A program made the translations under genes and the position numbers. From Candidatus Eiseniibacteriota bacterium (GTDB lineage Bacteria; Eisenbacteria; RBG-16-71-46; CAIMUX01), in assembly GCA_963833505.1 (NCBI GenBank), contig CAWHYG010000005.1, forward strand, positions 318,918 to 382,917: a stretch of DNA of 64,000 nt, in the 5' to 3' direction. The notes under the pieces were generated by a model. That model was not told where the DNA came from, did not search any database, and worked only from the letters and a program-made list of their open reading frames with translations. Of the stretch, positions 53,570 to 64,000 are shown in pieces. Position 1 is the first letter of the stretch. Each line of letters opens with the position of its first letter.

Positions 53570-53610
53570 TTTGAGATAACAAACCTAACCCGGATAGAGA
53601 TGCAAGTCAA
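53570..53610 (-). promoter_or_regulatory. Promoter of dtxR-feoAB with overlapping DtxR-like box
   Basis: Minus strand TTGACT-N17-TAGGTT. The 19-bp TTAGGTTTGTTATCTCAAA matches the left half of the DtxR/IdeR consensus (TTAGGTT). Confidence 0.65.
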
Positions 53611-53816
53611 ACAAGAACCCTGCAGGCTCCGTTCCGGCTCGAATCGAAGGTGGTCGATCGGGTCGTCCAAGGTCGTAACTATTTGAAATATATGATTGTT
53701 ATCCTGGATAGGCCACTTCGAACGGCCACGACAGCAGGGCGCGGGGCCTTGTTTGAACCGAGGCCAGAACTTCGTCAACCGGACCGGGGCTCGGGCATGG
53801 GGCGTCCCCCATGATG

Positions 53817-54278
53817 TCACTCCCGCCCGAACGACGCTTCCACCGCGATCTTCTCCTGCCCGTTCGGCGTGATGTTGAACATCTCGAGGCGCAGCGCGCG
53901 CGCCTCGACCGGATGAAGGACGATGCGCCATCCCCAGTCAGGGCCAGGACGCACGGCGTAAGACCCGGTGAGTGAGAGCGCACCACCGTCCCGCCGCTCG
54001 CCACGGCAGGCCAAGACCATCTCCCCCATGTGCCAGGTGTCGATCCAGTGGGCGCTCAGCACGCCGGTCTTCGTCACGCAGCCGAGGAGCAACGAGCCCT
54101 CCTGCGGCGCGCCCTGGTAGCTCCAGGCGTAATCCAGGCGCAGGAAGCGCCCCCCCAGTACCGGTGAGACCTTCGCCGTGGCGGCGGAATCCTCCGGCCG
54201 GTTGGTCGTCGGATCGTACAGGCGGTTGCTGCCTCGCCAGCTCCCTGCGCAGGCGGCGAGCTCGCTCAGTTGGGACAT
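53817..54278 (-). CDS. DUF1579-like protein
   Basis: G.W.G..GGRFL..Y..WIDTWHMG..WGWR; ATG after GGAGGA. Confidence 0.7.
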   Translation of the reverse strand: MSQLSELAACAGSWRGSNRLYDPTTNRPEDSAATAKVSPVLGGRFLRLDYAWSYQGAPQEGSLLLGCVTKTGVLSAHWIDTWHMGEMVLACRGERRDGGALSLTGSYAVRPGPDWGWRIVLHPVEARALRLEMFNITPNGQEKIAVEASFGRE

Positions 54279-54431
54279 GTTGGCTCCTCCGGTATATGCT
54301 GCGCGACTCGAGGCCGATCAGACCGGGATACCATCTCGCGGCTCAGCCTTCACGACGCCGGAAGCGGCATCGGGGCGCCGCCGTCGCCGGCCGCGCCCCG
54401 ATGCTTCCCTTTCACAGTCGTTCGATCAGGT

Positions 54432-56083
54432 TCACCTGCTCAGAACCATCTTCCTTGTCTGGCTGAAGCCGTTGACCTCGAGCCGCGCGTAGTACACCCC
54501 GGAGACGGCCTGATGCCCGTGCGCATCCCGGCCGTCCCAGACCGCCGTATGCTCCCCCGGCCCGAGCTGGTCCTCGACGAGGTTTTTGACCACGCGGCCG
54601 CCGACGTCAAAGACGCGCAGCGCGACCCGCGCCCCCGATCCCGGAAGGACGAAGTGCAACGACGTCTCCGAGCGGAACGGATTCGGAACGTTGTCCTGGA
54701 GGGCAAAGCCGGACCTGGATCCGGTTGGCGCGGTGCCCTCGGCTCCAGGCGATGGAATCGGATCAACTCCCGAAGTCGGCGACGTCCACTCCAGCGTCCA
54801 GGTGTCGTTGAAAAGATAGGCGGACTCGGCGCCGGCGAAGATCACGAGCTGGTCACGGGCGGCATCATAGACTCCGGTGGCGCCGTAGCGCGCCGGCGGG
54901 AGATCTCCCGACGGCGCCAGCTCGCTCCAGGCGGGCTCGCCGGCGAGAGCCAGCGACCAGGAATCGTTGTGGTAGGGATAGGACCCGTCGTTGCCGCCGA
55001 AGATCACCATGCGATCGCGGATCGGATCGTAGATCGCCGGCGCGGAGGTCCGTCCGATCGGCAGCAGCCCCGACGGCGCGAGCTGATTCCAGGACAGCCC
55101 CCCGGAGAATGAGAGCGCCCAGGTATCGTTGAGGTACTGGATGGCGGCATCCACGCCGCCGAAGATCAGCATCCGATCGCGAACGGGGTCATAGATCGCG
55201 GCCTCGAGGTACCGTGCAACGGGTGCCGTTCCCGCTGGCGCAAGCTGGCTCCAGGACGGCGCACCGGCGAAGGAAAGCGCCCAGACGTCGCCAAGATATC
55301 CATGGGAACCGTCCAGTCCTCCGAAGATCACCATGCGGTCGCGGATGGGGTCATAGATCGCGTTGCCGTACGCCCGCGTTGACGGCGGATTCCCGGACGG
55401 CGAGAGCTGCGTCCAGGCCGGCGGGTCGGCGAGCGAGAGTGCCCAGGCATCGTTGTAGAACGACCCCGGGGTTGCCGACTCGCCCGGGGGGCCGGCAGGA
55501 TTCCGGCCGGCGCAAGCTGACTCCAGGCCGGGATGCCCTCGAGCGACAGCGTCCACGTGTCGTTGTACCGATTGCCGTGAGCATCCGTCCCCCCGAAGAC
55601 GATCATGCGGTTCTTCAACGGGTCGTAGACGGCGGTGTGGCCGGTCCGTGCTCCGGGCGTCGACCCTGAAGGAGTCGCCTGGCTCCAATCTCCGTCCTCC
55701 GGGTTGGGTCCGCCGAGCGGTCGATTGAGGATTCCGGGGGTCTCGTCGGGCGAGGATGCGGGCGGGTGCCCGTCCTGGGCCATCCTCAACATGAAATCCC
55801 GCTTCCATCCTTGCAGCCCGGGGGCGGCGGCGGCCGACCGCAGCCGGTTGGAGAGGTTCGAGCTGATCGGCAGACTGCCGGCTGAGCTCGATTCGCCGGC
55901 GGCCGGACCGAACCACGCGAACGCCAGACAGGCGATCATCGCGATGCACGCAGCAAACAGAAACCGGCGGTGGGGCTTCTCGGACGGTCGTCCGTAACCG
56001 GCGGCAAGACCCGTTACAGGCTCGCCCTGACCGGGATCCTGCTCGCGGCGTCGCCATCCTGCTCCCGTTCTATCCAACATCAT
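54432..56083 (-). pseudogene. Secreted Kelch-repeat protein with FlgD-Ig tail; out-of-frame deletion near 55480
   Basis: Repeats P..R....AIYDPIRDRMVIFGG..ND.W.L; the second repeat lacks its core and changes frame; tail QDNVPNPF..WDGRD..G..SGVYY. Start uncertain. Confidence 0.72.
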
Positions 56084-56498
56084 GAAACGCCTCCTTTGGC
56101 CCTGATTGACCATTGCCTTTGGTAGCTCCCGCGTCGTTTCCGACTTGTGAACGTGGGCACATGCTTCCGACTGGCCTATCGTTTGCCGGGTCAGTCCCAT
56201 GGGATCGGAGGGGGCCTGCCCCCCGGGCTTCGCGAACGACTCGCGAACCAGCCTCGCCGGCCCACGTTTCCACGTCTTCAAGCGCAAGACGGCCATGCCA
56301 CCCTTACTCGTTTCGGACGCGCCCCGACCGCGGACGGCGCCGCTCCGACCCAGGGACTCCGCCCTCCGTCGAATCGCGCTGGACAGGTCCAGGATGTCGC
56401 GTACACCATGAACCAGCGCGATCGTCCTCTTTCATGCCCAAGGGATCCCAAAGCGCGCGTTCCTTCTGATTTTTCCCGGTCCTCGTGAGGAGAGCTTC

Positions 56499-57047
56499 GT
56501 GTCCGAAGACATCGAACATGACGTCACGAGAATGCTGGCGGATCTCGATCGCGGGGATCCGGACGCAGAGAGGGCGCTGGTCGATCGGATCTACCAGGAG
56601 CTGAGACGGTCGGCCGGAGCGATGATGAAGCGCGAACGACAGGGCCACACGCTGCAGCCGACCGCGGTCGTCCATGAAGCCTGGCTTCGGCCCCACTTGA
56701 CCGATGCTGCCAACCGTCGCCAGCTCTTCGCCGCCGCTCACAATGCCATGCGGCGGGTTCTGATCGACCACGCGCGGGCGCGGGGAGCCCGCAAGAGAAC
56801 GCCGGGCCCGCCGGAGGATCCGCCGGTCCAGCAGGCTTTTGAGCCCTGGCATCTCGACCTCGCGGAAGCCCTCGAGGAGTTGGGCGAGATCGACCCTCGG
56901 CAACGCTCGATCGTTGAATACCGCTTCTTTCTCGGCTTGACGGTCGAGGAGGTGGCCGATCAGCTCGGTTTGTCCAAGTCCCAGATCGAAAAGGACTGGC
57001 GCTCGGCCCGGGCGTTGCTGTTCCGTCGGCTGAATCCCGAACCGTGA
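56499..57047 (+). CDS. ECF sigma factor, TIGR02999 (planctomycete kinase-associated) type
   Basis: YQELRR.A..ER.GHTLQPTA.VHEA..AMRR.LIDHAR..RFF.GLT.EE.A..DW..ARA.L. Confidence 0.9.
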   Translation: MSEDIEHDVTRMLADLDRGDPDAERALVDRIYQELRRSAGAMMKRERQGHTLQPTAVVHEAWLRPHLTDAANRRQLFAAAHNAMRRVLIDHARARGARKRTPGPPEDPPVQQAFEPWHLDLAEALEELGEIDPRQRSIVEYRFFLGLTVEEVADQLGLSKSQIEKDWRSARALLFRRLNPEP

Positions 57048-59773
57048 ACCCTGCGCTCTGGCCAAGAGCCAAGGAGATTTTCTCCGCCGCGCTGCTGCTG
57101 GCGGAGGGCGACCGGAACAGGTTCGTCGCCGCGTCCTCGGAAGGCTTGCCCGAGCTTCGCGTCCTCGTCGATCAGATGCTCCAAGATGACCGCGAGGCGG
57201 AACGGGCCGATTTCCTGGCCGATCCCCCTTCGGCGTTCCAGGAACTGATGCAAGGCCCGACCAACCCCGATGGCCCGGGCTGGCTCCTCTCGGGTGGTAG
57301 ACCTCAGGGCGCCGGCCTCGCCCCCGGGGACCTGCTGGCCAACCGGTACCGAATCGAATCGCTCATTGCTCGCGGAGGGATGGGAGAGGTCTACCGGGCC
57401 ACGGATCTCGAGCTGGCCGTTCCGATCGCGCTCAAGACCATTCGCCGTGAGATCTCTTCGGATCCGGCGTCGCTCGACCGATTCAAGCAGGAGGTTCTCC
57501 TCGCAAGGTCCGTCTCCCACCCGAACGTATGCAGGATCTTCGACCTCGGCCGGGATGACTCCCGGGACGTCTCGTTCCTCACCATGGAGTTCCTTTCCGG
57601 CGGAACCCTGGCGTCGCGAATCCACGAGAGGGGAACCTTGGAGCCCGCCGAGGTCCTCGCGTTGATCGCGCCGCTGGCGGGTGCGCTCGACGCGGCCCAT
57701 CGCGCCGGTGTCGTCCATCGCGATCTCAAGAGCGCGAACGTCATGCTGGTTCCGGACGAGACGGGAGAGCGGGCGGTCGTCACCGATTTCGGATTGGCCG
57801 TGGCGGTCGGCGAAGAAGGCGGCGCGGCCTGGCGAGGGCCGGACGCGGGCCCTTCAGCCGGCCGGGCCGCAATGTCGATCGGCCTGATGGATGAAGCACG
57901 AGGCGCGGATTTCCCCTCACTTGTGGCCAACAGCCGGGCATCGGAAGATTCGGATGGCGGGACCGTCCTGGGTCGGTTTCCGGACCTGTCATCGGTCGGG
58001 CAGGAGCCGCGGGGCGCCGGAGCGGATCCTCTCCCTCGGATCTACGGGCTCGTGGGAACGCCTGCCTACATGTCCCCTGAGCAGGTCATGGGCGGCCGCG
58101 TGGGCCCGGCCAGCGACCTCTATGCCCTGGGCGTGATGATCTACGAGATGTCGACCGGGCGTCTGCCGTTCCGGGGATCAAGCCCGCTGGAAACCGCGCG
58201 CGCGCAGATCACCAGGGAAGCCCCCGCTCCGAGCCTGTTCGCTCCCGTGGATCCGAGATGGGAGCGGGTGATCCTCCGCCTTCTCTCGAAGAACCCTTCG
58301 GAACGATATGCCTCGGCGCGCGAGGTCGTCCTCGCCCTCGAGGCCGTGCTTGACGGCGCCGAAGGCATCCCCGTCACCGTTCCGTCGAGATCCTCGCCCC
58401 GAACCCGGCTGACTCGAATGCGTCCGCTCCTGATCTCCCTTCTCGGACTCGGAGTCGCCGCGACGATCGGGACCGCTGCCCTGGCGCATCACCGGCGCGT
58501 GGAGGTGTCCTTCAGCGGTCCCGCGAAAGCGGACCGTTTCGGCACCTCGGTGGCGGATGCCGGGGACGTGAACTGGGACGGCTATCAGGATCTCGTGGTC
58601 GGAGCCCCGGAGGCGAACCACGGCGCGGGCGCGGTCTATGTCTATCTCGGAGGCCACAGGGAACACACGGAACCCGATGTCATCCTTGAGGGAGAGCCGA
58701 AAAGCCGATTCGGGTGGGCGGTTGCCTCGGCCGGAGACGTGAACGGAGATGGTCGCACGGACATCATCGTGGGAGCGTTCAGCTACGGCGCTGATACGGG
58801 TCGGGCCTACATCTTCTTCGGAGGGGCCTGGCTCAAGGAAAAGGGCCGGATCATCGATGCTTCGCATGCCGATGTGATCCTGACCGGCGAAGCCAAGGGA
58901 GACCTGTTCGGCTACTCCGTGGCCACCGCGGGGGACGTCAATCGGGATGGCAGAGCCGATGTCATCGTCGGGGCCTGCGATCACGATGCCTTCATCGGCC
59001 GCGCCTACCTGTTCTATGGGGGTTCCGCGCTTTCCGGCGCCCGGCCGGCGGGGAGCGCGGACGTGATCCTGACCGGTGAGGAGCGCGAGGATCGCTTCGG
59101 CATCTCCGTCGCCTCGGCCGGAGACGTGAATGCCGACGGCAACCCCGACCTGATCATCGGCGCATGCGGACACGATCACTTCACCGGCCGGGCCTATGTC
59201 TTCCTCGGAGGGCAGTCCCTCCGTTCCAAGGAGGCGGCGGGCGCCGACGTGATCTTGAACGGAGAACAGCCCAACGACAACTTCGGCACGTCCGTCAGCG
59301 CGGCCGGCGACATGAACGGCGATCGATTCACCGACCTGATCGTGGGCGCCCCCGGATATGCCGACAACACCGGCCGGGCCTATGTCTTCTACGGAGGGCG
59401 CGATCGGCGCGCCGGAAACGCCGCCGACGCCGACGTGATCCTGACCGGTGAAACCAGCAGGAATGATTTCGGATACTCGGTGGCATCGGCCGGGGATGTC
59501 GACGGGGACGGCCGTGGAGACGTCATCGTCGGAGGCTATGGGTTTCAATCCAACACGGGCCGGGCCTACGTGTTCCTGGCGCGTCCGGGCTTGAAGGACG
59601 AGAACGCCGCCGCCGCAGACCGGATCCTGACCGGTAAAGGACGGAACACGTTGTTCGGCATCTCGGTCTGCCGCGCGGGATCCGCCTATCGCGACGGCTT
59701 CCACGACGTCTTCGTGGGAGCCTGGGGGAACGACTCCGGTCCCGGGAGAGCCTACGTCCACGCCTTGAAGTAG
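57044..59773 (+). CDS. Membrane Ser/Thr kinase with a 7-blade integrin-alpha-like FG-GAP ectodomain
   Basis: GTGA overlap with the ECF gene; RGGMGEVY, HRDLKSAN, DFG, GTPAYMSPE; TM LLISLLGLGVAATIGTAAL; seven FGxSVAxAGDVNxDGxxDxIVGA repeats. Confidence 0.9.
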   Translation: MNPALWPRAKEIFSAALLLAEGDRNRFVAASSEGLPELRVLVDQMLQDDREAERADFLADPPSAFQELMQGPTNPDGPGWLLSGGRPQGAGLAPGDLLANRYRIESLIARGGMGEVYRATDLELAVPIALKTIRREISSDPASLDRFKQEVLLARSVSHPNVCRIFDLGRDDSRDVSFLTMEFLSGGTLASRIHERGTLEPAEVLALIAPLAGALDAAHRAGVVHRDLKSANVMLVPDETGERAVVTDFGLAVAVGEEGGAAWRGPDAGPSAGRAAMSIGLMDEARGADFPSLVANSRASEDSDGGTVLGRFPDLSSVGQEPRGAGADPLPRIYGLVGTPAYMSPEQVMGGRVGPASDLYALGVMIYEMSTGRLPFRGSSPLETARAQITREAPAPSLFAPVDPRWERVILRLLSKNPSERYASAREVVLALEAVLDGAEGIPVTVPSRSSPRTRLTRMRPLLISLLGLGVAATIGTAALAHHRRVEVSFSGPAKADRFGTSVADAGDVNWDGYQDLVVGAPEANHGAGAVYVYLGGHREHTEPDVILEGEPKSRFGWAVASAGDVNGDGRTDIIVGAFSYGADTGRAYIFFGGAWLKEKGRIIDASHADVILTGEAKGDLFGYSVATAGDVNRDGRADVIVGACDHDAFIGRAYLFYGGSALSGARPAGSADVILTGEEREDRFGISVASAGDVNADGNPDLIIGACGHDHFTGRAYVFLGGQSLRSKEAAGADVILNGEQPNDNFGTSVSAAGDMNGDRFTDLIVGAPGYADNTGRAYVFYGGRDRRAGNAADADVILTGETSRNDFGYSVASAGDVDGDGRGDVIVGGYGFQSNTGRAYVFLARPGLKDENAAAADRILTGKGRNTLFGISVCRAGSAYRDGFHDVFVGAWGNDSGPGRAYVHALK

Positions 59774-59926
59774 CAGCCTCGCGCGACGGACACCGCATCC
59801 GCCCACTCGAGCGCGATCAAGGTCCCGCGGGCACGACCTCCGAGGCTCCATTCGGACTTCCTGCGGCGGACGGGCGGCGATCAGCGCCGGCCGGACCATC
59901 TTGACCGTCCCGCCCAATAACGACCT

Positions 59927-61921
59927 CTACCGCCGCACGATCTTGACCGCTCTGGTGGTTCCGCCGGCCTCGAGCCGGGCCAGATAGACGCCGGGGCCGA
60001 CGAGGTGGCCGGCGAGGTCGCGGCCGTCCCAGGGAGCGACATGGTCGCCGGCATTCTCGAACCGGTCCACCAGAAGTCGAACCGGCCGCCCAGCCACGTC
60101 GAAGACGCCGAGCCTGACCAGCCCCGCGTTCTTCACGGAATACTGGATCGCGCAACTCCCGCCCGCCGGATTGGGCGCCGGAGTCCGCAACCAGGAGGCC
60201 GAGTCGCGCCCTGCCTCACCCGGCACGCCGGCCGGGCCGCAGGGATCGAACGCTGGGATCGGATCCGTGCTGGTCCAGACGAACTGGAAAAGGTGCCAGT
60301 CGTCGCAGTCGACGTCGCCGTCCCCATCGAAATCTCCGGCCGCGCACTCCGGTCCCACTGGACCGCCGTTGTAGCCGGTGAAACAGGCCGAGAAGCGCGC
60401 GAAGTCCGCCATGTCCACGGTGCCGTTGCCGTCGAAGTCTCCGGCGCCGCCCTTCCCGCTCATCACGTCGATCTGGTTGAGGTTGTTGGTGACGGTGTAG
60501 CCGGCGGCGAGAAGCTGGCTCATGGAGTTGTCCAGATATTCGCGAAACGCGCTCGTGGGCAGGTCGGGATCCGCGCTGGGCGAGGGCCACGGGGGCGAAT
60601 AGCCGTTGCTGATGAACCCGGGAACCAGGATGTTCTTCACTGCCCAGATGTCGAGGGCGATCGGGTCGCGGCCGGCCACCAGCTCGTCGCGCCGCGTGGC
60701 GCCGTCGTAGGTGGTGGAGGGACCGGAGTTGGGATTGGCGTTGATCCAGATGGCATCGATGATGTTGAGGTCGGCCATCTGGATCTCGCCCATGAGCGCT
60801 CCCATGATGCCGTAATGGATGCCGGCGTGGGAATTGGTCGAGAACTGGTCCGTGACCACTCCCATGTAATGCTTGGTGCTGGCGGTGGCGCCGTAGGTCG
60901 CATGATGCGATTTCAGCACCGGGACATTGATGAACTTGAGGCGCGAGCGATCGTAGGTGTGTTTCACTGGATCCCAGACGCCGTAGCGGATGCTGATGTC
61001 CGTGCCGGCCGCGGAACGGAACTTGGCATAAGAGAGCTTCCCCTGATAGTTGGAGTTGTACGAACCGACGATGTAGCCGTCGTTCATATCGCCGGACGAA
61101 TACTCGTTCACCTGCACGGTGCGAATCGAAGTCCAATCGTATTGGGAGACATTATAGCCAAGCTGCTGGAAGCCGACGACCACCCGGTGAGGCGAGAGAG
61201 CGTGGTCCTGGGCGTTGTTCAGCGGGCGGTCGAAACCATCGGCGGAGTTGAACTGCGCGTTCTCGCAGACCACCACCTCGCCGGTGAAGCCGTCCGGGTG
61301 GTTGACGATGCAGCGGATGAGCCCGCGGAGCACATCGGTGTTGGTCCCGCCGCGCTCGTCCCACTGATAGTTGATCTTGATCACGACCACGTCGTTGGCG
61401 GCCACGATCCCGTCCGGTCCCGCCACCGGCGACGCGGTGGACGACTTGTAGAACTTCAGCCCCCCGCGTCCCATGACTCCGAGCAGGTTGCTCAGGCCGA
61501 GAAAGTGGTCTCCGGCGGTATCCTGCGGGCAGGAGGTGACGTGGTAGAGCTGGGCCCGATAGTCCCGCGGCGGCGACAACACCGGCCCGTGATAGGCGGC
61601 GTGGGCCAGATAGATGGTCAATCCCGCGGTCAGCAACAGCCCGGTGGATGCCGCCGTCATCAGGGCCGCGCGGCGCGAACCCAGGCCCAGCCGACGGCGC
61701 AGCGCTACCACCGCGGCCACGATCGGGATGCCGAAGGCAGCGGATGCGGTTCCCATGGCGGCGCGCTGGCAGGGGTAGGAGAGCCGACTCGGCTTGGTTC
61801 CGCTGCGGAGGATCAGCCAGAGCAGCGCGAGCACGCCGCCGGCCACGGTGTGACCAAGATGTCGGCTGATCCAGGATCCGTGCGCGGCAGAAGCTCCCTC
61901 GTGATGCCGGTGGGTGTGCAT
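59927..61921 (-). CDS. DUF362-like protein with dockerin/EF-hand-like repeats and FlgD-Ig tail
   Basis: VVIKIN..TNTD, INVPVLKSH..T..KHYMG, D.IA.D; GDFDGNGTVD..DF..GDFDGDGDVD; PNP..WDGRD..G.Y. ATG after AGGAGG. Confidence 0.75.
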   Translation of the reverse strand: MHTHRHHEGASAAHGSWISRHLGHTVAGGVLALLWLILRSGTKPSRLSYPCQRAAMGTASAAFGIPIVAAVVALRRRLGLGSRRAALMTAASTGLLLTAGLTIYLAHAAYHGPVLSPPRDYRAQLYHVTSCPQDTAGDHFLGLSNLLGVMGRGGLKFYKSSTASPVAGPDGIVAANDVVVIKINYQWDERGGTNTDVLRGLIRCIVNHPDGFTGEVVVCENAQFNSADGFDRPLNNAQDHALSPHRVVVGFQQLGYNVSQYDWTSIRTVQVNEYSSGDMNDGYIVGSYNSNYQGKLSYAKFRSAAGTDISIRYGVWDPVKHTYDRSRLKFINVPVLKSHHATYGATASTKHYMGVVTDQFSTNSHAGIHYGIMGALMGEIQMADLNIIDAIWINANPNSGPSTTYDGATRRDELVAGRDPIALDIWAVKNILVPGFISNGYSPPWPSPSADPDLPTSAFREYLDNSMSQLLAAGYTVTNNLNQIDVMSGKGGAGDFDGNGTVDMADFARFSACFTGYNGGPVGPECAAGDFDGDGDVDCDDWHLFQFVWTSTDPIPAFDPCGPAGVPGEAGRDSASWLRTPAPNPAGGSCAIQYSVKNAGLVRLGVFDVAGRPVRLLVDRFENAGDHVAPWDGRDLAGHLVGPGVYLARLEAGGTTRAVKIVRR

Positions 61922-62129
61922 GCGGACGCCTCCTGAAGCCGGGGCGCCGGCGGTGGAGAATTCACAGAGAATCCAACGGACCGAGGCCACAGCGGTTGTG
62001 GGTGAACAGCGCACCTTATGGAATGCCACTCAATGCTATCACGCAAGGGACATTCCAGCAACCCGCGGCCGTCGCGCCGTCGCGCGCCCGTCGCGTAGAC
62101 ACGGTCTCACCGGGCAGGGTCGGACCTAG

Positions 62130-62385
62130 GCATTCTGCCCTCATCCTCTTCGGATCACGGGCCCGCGGCGACTCCGACGAGGCGAGCGACGTTGATCTCA
62201 TCTTGGTCTACGACACCTCCAAGCGGTTCCTCGATCGGTTGGAAGAGCTGTACCGCCTGTGGGACCTTCCGATCGCGGTGGACATCCTGGCCTACACTCC
62301 GGCGGAGTTCGAAGACATGCGCCTGAATTCCGGCTTCGTGGCCGATGCCGTCGAACATGGGAGGGTGATCTTTGAGGCGGCCTGA
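62130..62385 (+). pseudogene. Minimal nucleotidyltransferase (MNT), N-terminus apparently lost
   Basis: ILFGSRARGD...SDVDL..VDILAYTP.EF..G.VIFEAA; no convincing start codon with RBS. Confidence 0.7.
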
Positions 62386-62492
62386 GTACGAAGGGATGCG
62401 TTGGCAGGCCCAGGCCGAGGATGATCTGAAGTTCGCCCGCTGGGTGCTGAACGAGGATCAATTCTTCGACAAAGGATGTTTCATCGCCCAGC
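62372..62492 (+). pseudogene. HEPN-domain toxin remnant (about 40 codons)
   Basis: RWQAQAEDDLKFA....F...CFIAQ, after which homology stops before the usual QxAEKxLKA. Confidence 0.7.
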
Positions 62493-62558
62493 GGCTCCGG
62501 TTCCGGGTAGCGGAGCGTCCGAGCCGGCCAGGGTCGCTTGGTCCGATTCGAACTCGGC

Positions 62559-63724
62559 TCACTCCAGCACGATCAACGTCCCGCGGACGCGGGCTCCCGC
62601 GCTTCCAGCGACCACCGCGTAGACCCCCGAAGCCACGGGTCGTCCCTGGCCGTCGCGCAGGTCCCACTCAGCGCTCGGACCGGCGCTGTCGATCGACCGC
62701 ACCAGCCTTCCGTTGACGTCGAAGATGCGGAAGGCTGACCGTCCGGCCGGAACGCCGGTCAGCAGCAACTCTGCCTTGCCGTGACACGGATTGGGATCGA
62801 GGCGAAGAGCGACCCGGCCGACTCCCCTTGAAGCCTCGACTCCGGTGATATTCGAGCAGTGCGTTCCGACCAACGCCTGGACGATCGCGACGTCGGCAGA
62901 ATCGACGATCCCGTTGCCGTCCAGATCGGCGCAGAAGTTGTTCGTGCCGATGGCTTTCTTGACGGCGTTGACGTCATCTTGTCCGACGATGCAGTCGCCG
63001 TTCAGGTCGGGGGACTTCGCCCCGCTCCATTGGGTGAGATAGTCGTCCCCACCGCAGTCCGCGGTGGCGCCGCCCGCCTGCGAGCAACCGCCTCCGCGCA
63101 GAACGAAGATCGCTCGTCCTTGCGCGTCGGAATAGTCGTACAGGTCGGGATGCTTCTGGGTCGGATCCCACGTCAGGTGCTGGTTGAGCTGGCTGCTGAA
63201 AGACAGGTGCACGTCGACGCCCGGCACCGGAAGACTTGCGCAGGTGTCCATGACCCGGAGGGTGTCCGCGGGAACGCCGCCGGGATAGAGGACCAGCGGA
63301 GGCGGTCCGCCGATCCCAGCCAGACCTCGGGAATCCCGGTCCGGTTGTCTTCCCACACGACGTAGAGGCTCGTTCCATCCCAGGCCGCATGCGGATTGGA
63401 CGCCGAACCCGGTACCGTGCTCACCGTCTCGACCGGCAGCCAGAACGCGGTCGAACGAGCGCGATGCATCACCTGACCGCCGCGGCAGTATACGACGTGC
63501 CAGAGGCCGTTCCCGAACTGCACCGAAGAGCTGGAATTCGAGGACACGGCAATGGAGCCCTGGTCGACGACCTCGGCGGGGCCCCAGACGATGCCGGCAT
63601 TGGCCCGATGGGCCGTGGCGGTGGCCAACATCATTGCGGCCACTGAAAAGACCCGGCAGAGACGCCGCAGAGTGGTCGACCGCGGGATCGGCCCCGCCTG
63701 GGAGTGGGACGCAATGATGGCCAT
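62559..63724 (-). pseudogene. Secreted protein with dockerin-like repeats and FlgD-Ig tail; out-of-frame junction near 63320
   Basis: Signal region, then VVWEDNR..EVW, then a frame switch to AGIGGPPPLVLYP; SPDLNGDCIV..ADLDGNGIVD; PNP..FDVNGRLVR..WDLRD..SGVY. Confidence 0.65.
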
Positions 63725-64000
63725 GCTTCACCTGCCCGAGAAAGAACCGCCCATCTACCCACCAAGAATGATACCCCTATGCTCACTTGAGAACAAGCGT
63801 CGACGCGGGTAGGCGCAACAGGGCATCGGCACCATGGGACGGAGGGGCTTCGGTCCGCCGCGATCCGGGGACTTTCTTTCCCTGCCGGAAGGCGGAGTAT
63901 CTTCGCGTGGCGACGTCCTCCTCTTGCCTCGGTTCGCGGATTGTGGGCAGGTTCCTCCTCGGCTCGGCGTAGATCCCATTCGAGAGCAGCGCCGCCCGGG

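Overview
A GC-rich bacterial window. The many secreted proteins ending in a FlgD-Ig/T9SS-like domain, and one ending in TWGRVKSTY, suggest Ca. Eisenbacteria or a relative (inference only). From left to right: (1) a large secreted LamG/SdrD-B-like gene broken by two IS elements (IS1380 and ISL3; IRs and TSDs visible, frame restored when they are removed); (2) a Ser/Thr kinase-TPR gene; (3) the best candidate for an undescribed system, a tight three-gene minus-strand operon at 16002-8589 encoding TIR-TIR-AAA_35, AAA_35-TM-YD-like repeat ectodomain, and SLOG plus two SLATT-like 2TM modules, which reads as a surface-sensing, Thoeris-like signalling/defence module; (4) FG-GAP, beta-propeller and NHL secreted proteins, several of them decayed; (5) two MNT-HEPN pairs that have both lost the toxin; (6) a sensor-less sigma54 activator, an FmdB protein, a chlI/chlD-like gene with a frame break at an AAAAAAG motif, and a frameshifted baeRF gene; (7) an Rrf2-sufCBD-Rieske-sufS-sufU-sufT operon with long disordered N-terminal extensions, convergent on dtxR-feoA-feoB; (8) an ECF sigma factor coupled to a receptor kinase with a 7-blade integrin-alpha-like ectodomain, and a DUF362 protein. 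I saw no rRNA, tRNA or CRISPR array. All family calls come from reading motifs by eye; no database searches were run.
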